From the NCBI GenBank assembly GCA_964188305.1, contig OZ076893.1: 64,000 nt of DNA. One strand, 5' to 3'. Under the pieces are notes generated by a model. It made no database searches. It saw nothing but the letters and a program-made list of their open reading frames with translations, and was not told where the DNA came from. Position numbers and translations under genes: made by a program. This stretch comes from Podarcis bocagei (lineage: Eukaryota). Positions 55,728-64,000 of this stretch are shown one piece after another (position 1 is the stretch's first letter; every line of letters starts with the position of its first letter).

Positions 55728-56090
55728 ACCTGGATGGTTAAGTCCAGTCAAAGGTGACTATGGGGTACGGCGCTCATCTTGCTTCAGGCCAAGGGAGCCA
55801 GCGTTTGTCCACAGACAGCTTTCCAGGTCATGTGGCCAGCATGACTAAACAGCTTCTGGTGCAATGGAACACCGTGACGGAAACCAGAGCACATGGAAAT
55901 ACCATTTAGCTTCCCACCACAGTGGTACCTATTTATCTACTTGCACTGGTGTTGCTTTTGAACTGCTAGGTTGGCAGAAGCTGGGACAGAGCAATGGGAG
56001 CTCACCCTGTTGCTCAAATTTGAACTGCTGACCTTCCAACCAGCAAGCCCAAGAGGGTCAGTGGTTCAGACCACAGCGCCACCCACTCCC
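55728..56090 (-). mobile_element. Sauria SINE, more diverged copy between the SEH1L and PTPN2 promoters
   Basis: Body similar to the other copies (GGTCATGTGGCCAGCATGACTAA, GTACCTATTTATCTACTTGCAC); tail eroded. Confidence 0.85.
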
Positions 56091-56699
56091 TTGACCCACT
56101 GCAATACACCCATTGCAGTCATTTTGTGACTGGTGTTTGCAGCACTTTTGTCAAAATTCAAAATGTACCCACTGCCCAAAAACGTTGGTAACTTCTGCAT
56201 TGGTACAATCTAGTTGTATGGCTTTTGTGCATTTTAGTTTTTCATTATTTACCTTTGACAGAAAGTTAGCAAATGTGTAAGTAAGTAAGTAAGTAAATAA
56301 ACGCTAGTGACTACAGCTGGGATCCTTTGCGTGTAAAGTATCTGTTCTATAGCTGAACTATGTTCCTCTCAGCATTCCTTCTTTGTGACCAAGAAACAGA
56401 ACAAGTGTGGGACTAAGCAGATGAGGCACAGGGCCTGAGCAGGTAGGAAGAAACTTGATTGCTCATTACTGAACTCAACACTGGAAGGAGCAGGCTGAAC
56501 ACAACGTTGATGCCAAGTTTGCCCCTTTATTTTCTTTTATGTAAATAAAGCAAAAAGAAAATGCTGCACGCAGGCAGCTTCCGCGTTAACAGCCAAACTG
56601 GATTTCTTCCATTTTCCTGACACTGAGTAATCTGCCTCACTGACAGGTACAGTATCAAATTTCCTTTACAATCGTGTCCTTTACATGCTTTTTTCAGGA

Positions 56700-57870
56700 C
56701 CCTTCAGCTTGACGGGCATTTTGCAAGTATACATAGGGAACTCCCTCGGGATCTTGAGAAGCACCCGCTTCCCGCAATCCTCCAGCGCCTGAACACGAGA
56801 AAAAAAAATAACCCCACTTCCTCCACCTGCCGAGCCCCCTCACGAAACTCGATCCACTCCCTTCCCGCCCAAAGGGAACAGCGGAGTGATCCCCCCCGCC
56901 AACCCTCCTTCGCGGCCAATGGGCGGAGCTTCCGCAATTCTGGGTAGGCGGTCATGGTGTCCTGCCGCGCATGCGCCTGCCGAGAATGCCGCCGAAGAGC
57001 CGCTGAGGCTGCGTGCGCGGTGTGGAAGGTAGTCGAGGGTAACACGGCCGGTGAAGTGGACGGGTTGTCGTCCGCGCCCTGTCAAGTAGCGCGGAGTAGG
57101 TGATGAACTTGTCGGCTCCCAGCGGCCTTCCTTCCTCCGGCTGTCGCCGCCATTATGTCCGTCACCGCCACTATAGAACAGGAGTTCCAGGAGATCGACG
57201 CTGCTAACGGCTGGCAGCCCCGGTACCTGGTGAGTGAGGGAGGGAAGGAGGGGGCGGCGTGTAGCGGGGAGAGAGAATTGGGGGCCGGCGCGGGTGGTGA
57301 GGGTGCAGGAAGTCGTCGGGCCACGACCAGCTTCCCCCCCTCCCCCAGGTAACCATTGAGGTTGGGAGAAGTAATGCGCATGTTCCAGTTTTAAGAAGGG
57401 GCGGTGATGAGCGAGAAGGAATAATAAAAGAGGGCTGAGGGGAAAACGCATGCGCCTCGGGGGTCGGGCAAGAGGAGAAGGGGGCATTTGGGCAGGTTAG
57501 TGCTGCGCATGCTCCGGTGGGGGTAGGTTTAAGTTGCTTCGCACGGGTGGTGACGAGAGGGTTAAGTTCGTCAAGCGAAGTGTCGCAAGTTCTAGCCGCC
57601 GTCTCTCCGGGTTCCTGTCTCACACTTCTGTGTTTGCTCCGCGCGTAGCTGTCGTGCTGTGGTGTTCAGGCTGTCGCAAGTCGCCGTTTCGCTCGTGTAG
57701 GTTGACTTGAGCCGAATATTCCTGCGGAGTGAAATGTCCTGTCGACGTACAGGGAAAAGAGCTGCCCTTACTGTACCAAGCGGGGCCACGCTTCCTCGTT
57801 AATGCGCGTTGTGTGTTACAACGTCACTCTACGCGTATGTGCGCTGCTGTCAGTCGCCCTGCAGAATTAA
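56700..57870. promoter_or_regulatory. CpG island / PTPN2 promoter
   Basis: CCAAT plus GC box near 56916-56927; perfect NRF1 palindrome GCGCATGCGC 56967-56976; CpG-rich across exon 1. Confidence 0.8.
57155..57229 (+). CDS. PTPN2: Tyrosine-protein phosphatase non-receptor type 2 (TC-PTP), exon 1 CDS
   Basis: MSVTATIEQEFQEIDAANGWQPRYL, donor CTG|GTGAGT; head-to-head synteny with SEH1L favours PTPN2 over PTPN1. Confidence 0.93.
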
Positions 57871-58944
57871 TAACTTCCTAGCTGCAGTTTAAACATAGTG
57901 TCATGGTGCCAGGAACAAAGGAAATCCCGGGTTCTGCTGGAAACTCTTGGGAATGCCTCACACATTATTACCATGGAACCATAGTTTGTTGCAGCTCCCT
58001 GATGTGTGTTTGCTTGGTGGCAAATCCAGGTCTGTTGGCACATGATGTGTGAACTGGCCCTTAGTTGAGAACTGGAGATAATTTAAACTTTTCCAAAGTT
58101 TATAGGTGGGAAAAACTCATTTGAGCTAGTTGTATTTACACACAAAAGGTTTTAGAGTTCAGTCTGGATCTTGATAGAATGTGGCCTATAAGTGTTGGTT
58201 CAGTCTTGAGCCATTTAGTTTCTTATGTAAATTTTTTGAATCATCATTTTGGAGTCCTTTAAAAAGCATATGAATACACATGCTTAATACTCAAAACGAT
58301 GCTAAGTCTCTTTAGATTTAGCGTGACCTAAAGTGATGGTGGTTTTAAAAGCCCAAGCTCATTACATTACTGTTGCTTTGTTACTTGTGTATGTCTATAA
58401 GAGCTGTTTGGCATATATATTTCAGGGAAGGTTACAATACAATAAAACTGTAAAACCACACTACAGTGAAGCCAACTTATCACTGCTTATAAAACATAGC
58501 TTATCCTTAAAATGCCCAGGCAGGCACAACCCTAGAACCTCACTTTCAGCAGTGACAGAATTCATAATAACCTCCCCCCCCCCAAAAAAAGCTGTGCAAA
58601 TAGATGGATTTTCACCTGGCACTGAATTGTCAAAAGTGTTGTTACCTGTCATGCTTCTAGGGAAGAGAGTATAGGTGGGGCACCACTACCACAGAAGAGG
58701 CCTTATTCTGTGTCACAAGAATGGCTTTCTCTCAGATCTAATAGCATAGGCAGACTGATACAGAAGAACTGTTCATTTGGGTATTAGAGCTTAAAGTTGT
58801 TTTGGGTTTTACAGATCAGCACTAGCACCATGAATTCTGCTCACAAGCATATAGATAGCCAGTATTGGCTTTTCAGGTCAGTGGCTGTGTGCTTCCAGCT
58901 AGATACATTGGTTATAATTCCAATCCCACATTCTGAACTATTTA

Positions 58945-59065
58945 TGGCTTCTTGATTGCCTTCAAGGGCAGCCCAACATTGCAGTAGTCCAACCGAGAAT
59001 TTACCAGAGCATGAGCAACTCTCACCAGGCTTTCCTGGTTCAGGAACAGATCTAGCTGATAAACC
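58945..59065 (-). mobile_element. L2 LINE ORF2 fragment
   Basis: VAHALVNSRLDYCNVGLPLK matches the L2 HALVTSRLDYCN motif. Confidence 0.8.
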
Positions 59066-59315
59066 AGAATATAAGAAAAGTCCTGCTGGATCAGGCCAAG
59101 GCTGATGTGGTTCAGCATCCTGTTCTCACAATGGCCAGCCAGATATTTTAGGAAGGACCTGAGTGCAATAGCACTCTCCCTACATGAGTTTCCCTGCAGT
59201 TTCCCCAGTTCAGTCTTCCTGCAATTGGTATTCAGAGGCATGTTGCTTCCAACAGTGGCAGTAGAACATAGTCATTGTGGTTGTTAGTCATTGATAGCCC
59301 TATTCTCTGTGAACT
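59066..59315 (-). mobile_element. CR1 LINE 3' end abutting the L2 fragment
   Basis: ATAAGAAAAGTCCTGCTGGATCAGGCCAAG...GGTATTCAGAGGCA...ATTGATAGCC pattern. Confidence 0.75.
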
Positions 59316-59512
59316 GGTCAAAGACACTGCCCCACTGAAGTTACCTGAACCTTAAGTGACAATTCTGAATCAAAGAGTACCTGAGACTACACAAGCCTCT
59401 TCAGCGGGAGTGGAACCCTGCCCAGAATAAATTATCAGACCAATTCCAAGACCCTCAGGGCCTTCACCTGTCAGGATTGTCTCTGTTTATTGACTCTTAT
59501 ACATCTACACTG

Positions 59513-59665
59513 ATGATTAGAATTATAGAGCCAGAAGGGACCCTGCAGGTCATCTAGTCCAATCCCCTGCAATGCAGGAATCCTTCCCACAGCCATCCCT
59601 GGGTGGGCTTGAACCACCAACCTTGATTAACAGCCAGATGCACTGACCAATTGTGCCACAAGAGA
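59513..59665 (-). mobile_element. SINE-like chimera: tRNA-Asn(GTT)-derived head plus CR1-type tail
   Basis: Head TGTGGCACAATTGGTCAGTGCATCTGGCTGTTAATCAAGGTTGGTGGTTCAAGCCCACCCAGGGATG; tail GATTCCTGCATTGCAGGGGATTGGACTAGATGACC. Confidence 0.8.
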
Positions 59666-60042
59666 ACTCCCAGGATTAGCAATAAACATGTCAATAGTGC
59701 ATTTCAAATGCCCTTAAATTGGGAGGCATCTAACCTTTGTGATGGCTGCTATCCACATAGTGTTTGGGAATGGGCTGCAAGTACATGGAATGTCAGCCAT
59801 GTCTCCTCAGAAGTAAGTCATTACTCCCAGGTAATTATCACAGCCTTAGTGTTCTTTTGCATGCTGCCCTGAATCTTTTTGCTCCAGTCTGCTTCTTGTA
59901 TTGGTATATTAGATTAGAGCCCATGACAAATCAATAAGATTGAAACCAATTCACAAATATCTCTTGGATAACTATATGTGCCTGTTCTGTTTGGAGCAAT
60001 AGCTCAAGTTCTGTGTTACAAGGAAGCAGTAAGGTTATTGAG

Positions 60043-60328
60043 CAGGGGTCAGCAAGGTTTATCTTGCCTGGGCCGGATCAGTCCTGTGGAGATCCCTCTG
60101 TGAGCTGGATCACAAGTGCACATGCCCACGATTTTCGGTGTCTGCACAGATGAGATTGTTGGCGTCTGTGCAGACACGATTTCTGATGGTGCGGAAGTGA
60201 GTCCCTGTGTTGCGCTGGTTTAGTGCAGTGCGCGAGCGGGCAACTCGGTTCAGGGGCGGCTAATGGGCCAGTCAAACGACCCTCTGTGGGCTGCTTCTGA
60301 CCCATGGGCCTTAGGTTGCTGACCCTTG
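60043..60328. mobile_element. hAT MITE
   Basis: TIRs CAGGGGTCAGCAA / TTGCTGACCCTTG; perfect 8-bp TSD TTATTGAG. Confidence 0.9.
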
Positions 60329-61851
60329 TTATTGAGGGTAGAAGTAGGTGTTTGACGTGGTACTTGTTTGCCCTGATGAGGCAGTTCAGTGATTGAGTAA
60401 ATTTCACCATCAGAAGAGCAGTGGGTAGCCAATATATTCATAATATTAATATTTCTTGTTGTCACTGTAGGGTTTGCCTGTGATGTGGCTTTCCTGGTTT
60501 CCATTTACTTTGGGCCTTTGAATCCCTAGACTTCTTGTCACCCTGATGGTATCTTCTAATTTTTGCAACCACTGTCAGAGCACATGTTGCCACGTGCTTA
60601 AGCATAGTGGTGTGGTTAACTCCGTCAGTAATTTCTCACATGACTGTATTGCTGCTGGATACTTTGTGAATAATGGGCTCCTCTCTGTAGGGTGGTGGTT
60701 GATCTGGTGATACGATGCTATGGGCTTATAAAGTCCCTTCTGTCCTTGTCTGCTGGCTGCGTTTCCCTAGTATTTTCTGAGCTGCATATTAGGGACTCTG
60801 TTTCTTTTCCTAACTTTGTGTGGAATATGTTGACTGTTGGTAGGCTTCATTTATTTTTTGAGTTTGGGCTATTTTTTCTGTAAGTTTTGTACTGGGTAGT
60901 GGACACTTGTGTATTTCCACTGACACAAGGGCCAATGATATGTTTTCTGATGGTGGTATTTTCTTTGTCGAAATAGGGAAAATTTTAATACATTGTTCAA
61001 AGTGATTATTTTCGGTAATCCTTACTTGCTTATTGTAAGGTGGACCAGTGTTGTATAAAAGAGGTAAGGCTGCTGAACCTGAGAGTAGTTTTGCTACTAC
61101 TTCAGAGTGAGCCCATGGTTAAAGTGAGATATCAGACTAAGAAACTGGTGGCTCACTCCTAGCTGCCATGTTAAATGACTCTGTACCCTCTGTACCCAGG
61201 ATAGGATGTGACTAACATTTCCATTTCTTTGTTGTTCTTGTGCTACATCCTTCTCTGGCCCCTTGAGAGATGCAGAGTCTGTGCAGCGTACTCAGTTTTC
61301 TTTTGTTGGGCCAGCTATCTGTAGGAGGGAGAGATTTGTCCTAACTAGTATCCAATTTGCGTATTTTCTCTGTGGGTCCTTGAGTTGTTTCCTGCTATGT
61401 GATGTGCTCACTACTGAATCTCAGACTAAATGAAGGATTTTGCAATACTTACTTAATAGCCTTCTTCTGCTTAAGTGAAAAAGCCTTGGGCTTGTTGTCC
61501 CCCGCCCCCCCCCCCCGCCCGCCCCCCGCTTCCAGTGTGGCTGTAAGGCGGTGTTTAAAATAATTCACTGCCATTTTAAAATAACTGCTGTTTGGCCAAA
61601 CTTTCAAATCCAGACAAACTGGTTAGTCTTACCTTTGGTCTAGGGAAACAAGCCAGTTTGAAATCATGATTAAAATTAATCAATTTTAGATTCAGGCATA
61701 ATGATAAACTGAAGTTAATTGAAAACAGAATCAGACCTTAAAATCCCCTCACTGCTATGTCAGGGAAGGAAGATGTACATAGGCTAAAGTTCAATGATAT
61801 AATGTTAAACCGTAGTTTCACATTATATCTGAACTAGGTCAGTGACTAGGA

Positions 61852-61988
61852 CATTGGTGGTCAACCTGTGGTCCTGTAGATGTTGCTGAACTCCAACCTG
61901 CATCAGGCCCATCCAACATGGCTAATAGTCTGGAATGATGGGAGTTGTAGTCCAACAACAGGTAGAGGGCCCCAGGTTCCACCCCCTG
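61852..61988. mobile_element. Old palindromic hAT-like MITE
   Basis: AACCTGTGGTCCTGTAGATGTTG...GGGAGTTGTAGTCCAACAACAGGTAGAGGGCCCCAGGTT inverted structure; relatives near 20755, 28410, 36520. Confidence 0.65.
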
Positions 61989-63019
61989 CACTGACTGATA
62001 GAAACTGAGTTTTCAGTAAGCTCTATATCCCAGTAGTGGTACTTAATACCACCCTGGTGGATTTCTGTTTTATTTTATTTTGCTTCGGATGCAAGTTTAA
62101 GCTTACGCTAAGTCCACAAGGAATGTTGCAAAAATGACTTTAAAAATAAATTAAAATATATCTTAACATTTGCCTCATAAGCACAATAATGGGGCTGTCA
62201 TACTGGATGTAGTAGAGCACTTGGCCATGAAGTTCTTTCTCCAAATCTTACTATCAAGCTGTACCAACTAAGTTACTTTTAAACTCCTTAAAGTATCAGG
62301 ATACAAATTGTTCCCAACAGAAGTTACATAAATGGAAATTTTGAAAGCATGTTGGCATTCTAGAACCTCAGTCCTGAACATTTTGTTACACAAATAAATA
62401 CATGCTTTCACTATAATGCAATTAATGCCATGTGTGTATTAATATATATATTCCATTTTTAAAAGCCCCATTAGGGTCTTGAAGCAGTGGAGCAATTGTG
62501 GTGTGGAGTGGTGATGGAACTAGTTTATTTGGTATTAACAGCCAGTTCAGACACCCCCAGTGTGCATCTGCCATTCTGTTGGCTAGTTTACAGTTTGTAG
62601 TAAGAGGTTCTCTAAATATCTGATCACTGACTTGGATTAACACCATTGCCCAAACTTGTTACTGCATATCCAGGTTGGTTCTCTTCAGAACTTCCTTTCA
62701 GTTAATAGATAGACCAAGGCTATCTCTGTTTTACAGCTGTTAAATTTGACAGAAGTTTGCTACATGAATGCACTCTACTAATTTAGAAACTTGGGTTGTA
62801 ATAATTTTAATCACTGCATAAAATACTGTCCTTGTTGAATTGTGATCACAGTAGTCATTGAATCTTCAGTTGACAAAGAAATAAGGATTACAGCAAATTG
62901 AGTAAGATAAATTTCTACTGTGCCTTTAAATATAATATTTGTTTTTATTTTTTCAGTATCTTTTGTTTGTACTGCCAGAAAGTAATCATAACATAATCAA
63001 CTATCTTTGTTTCTTCCAG

Positions 63020-63110
63020 GATATTCGGCACCAGTCCAGTGATTATTCACATAGAGTTGCAAAGTATGCAGAAAATCGAAATCGTAATAGGTACAGAGAT
63101 GTTAGCCCAT
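63020..63110 (+). CDS. PTPN2: PTPN2 exon 2 (gene continues beyond window)
   Basis: [30 protein letters not shown](Y), the PTP pTyr-recognition NRY loop; TTCCAG acceptor, GTAAGT donor. Confidence 0.96.
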
Positions 63111-64000
63111 GTAAGTAATTATTATTATTATTATTTTGTAATTAGTGCATGACAAAGTAGGTTTGACATTACCAATGCTAATACTTTAAATAGTTTTTGG
63201 CTTGTGTTGTAGAGTTTGATATGTGAAGCTCCACTGCAGTCATTGAGATGAAAGTGCATATGATCAATGAAGTCATGTAGAAATTATTGTACTTTATATA
63301 GAGAGACTTCTATAGAAGCCTTCTATCCATGCAGTATTATATTTATATCTCACTTTTCTTCTGTGGAACTCAAAGTAGTGTATAGAGGCCTCCCAGGCAG
63401 TCCTCTAGTCAGGTGCCAGAACTGGCTAACCAGAACTACACATACACAACTTCTGCAAGGTTGCTGTGCCTTCAGGAACCCCGGATAATCATTATTATCC
63501 AGACTTCTAAAAAATTGTTAAGACTGATGTTGCAGTAAGTATGTGTCACTTAAGAAGCTCCTTCATTTTTCTCTTATGCGGTTTCAGATAAAGATAGGTC
63601 ATCTGAACTCGACTTTGTTATGCTGTTGAAATAAAAGATGTGACAGTTCTGGTATCTTTCAGAAGGAATACTACTTATGGTAAATATGTACCAGACATGG
63701 TTTGGGACAATTCCATGTCACTCAGTTAACCATCAGGCTGTAGACAGTACCGTATTTGGAAGAGAAAAGCTGAGCAACTGCAAATTTATTGTGATAAGCA
63801 TATTCAGACAGTCAGAATGGGAGATTCCACTCCCATAAACTAGCAAATTTTGTCAAATGAAATATATTTAATGTAGATCCTGTTAAAATGTTGGTTTTGC
63901 AGAAGTGGTAATTTGTATGAATTCCACACAGTCTGTGTTGTTTTGTTATTCAATTCGATGGCAATTGTCAATTTGAAAGATTAAATGAGTGCTTTATAAG

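Noticed and set aside
56840-57487. 215-aa minus-strand ORF antisense to PTPN2 exon 1
   Set aside because: GC-rich island artefact with no recognisable domain.
60500-61100. T-rich stretch in PTPN2 intron 1, possibly an old antisense LINE
   Set aside because: No diagnostic motif, TSD or translation found; left unannotated.
1-64000. CRISPR array, rRNA, prokaryote-like operon or endogenous virus
   Set aside because: No regularly spaced repeats, rRNA similarity, LTR pairs or long unexplained ORFs; the long ORFs are accounted for by the three genes, TEs or CpG islands.

Overview
Vertebrate nuclear DNA from a squamate reptile, probably a lacertid lizard (inferred from Sauria SINEs with (ACCTTT)n tails, Squam3-like SINEs, CR1/L2/L1 remnants and tRNA+CR1-tail SINEs). 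The window holds the conserved CEP192-SEH1L-PTPN2 gene block. (1) CEP192, minus strand: a putative non-coding exon 1 near 40046-40130, ATG at 38267, and 38 coding exons traced by hand to 734. All have GT-AG ends and continuous phase, giving about 2150 codons; the 3' end lies outside the window. (2) A complete SEH1L, minus strand (ATG 54109): 8 shared exons plus two alternative terminal acceptors, giving a short KHS* tail or a long Pro-rich tail. (3) The first two coding exons of PTPN2, plus strand, head-to-head with SEH1L about 3 kb away. Introns and intergenic DNA contain SINEs, LINE fragments and DNA-transposon MITEs, several with readable TIRs and TSDs. I see no CRISPR array, rRNA or intact tRNA gene, and no wholly new multi-gene system. 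Best second-look items: an apparent loss of the CEP192 PP1-docking motif; overlapping uORFs on the CEP192 and PTPN2 start codons; inverted TE pairs bracketing CEP192 exon blocks (one block would form a stop-free circular ORF); a ~100-nt AG-exclusion zone at the SEH1L long-isoform acceptor; a CAG repeat just upstream of the SEH1L ATG; a tRNA-Asn/CR1 chimeric SINE; and a 57-bp intronic duplication. Exon numbers are my own, and human comparisons are from recall, not from searches.
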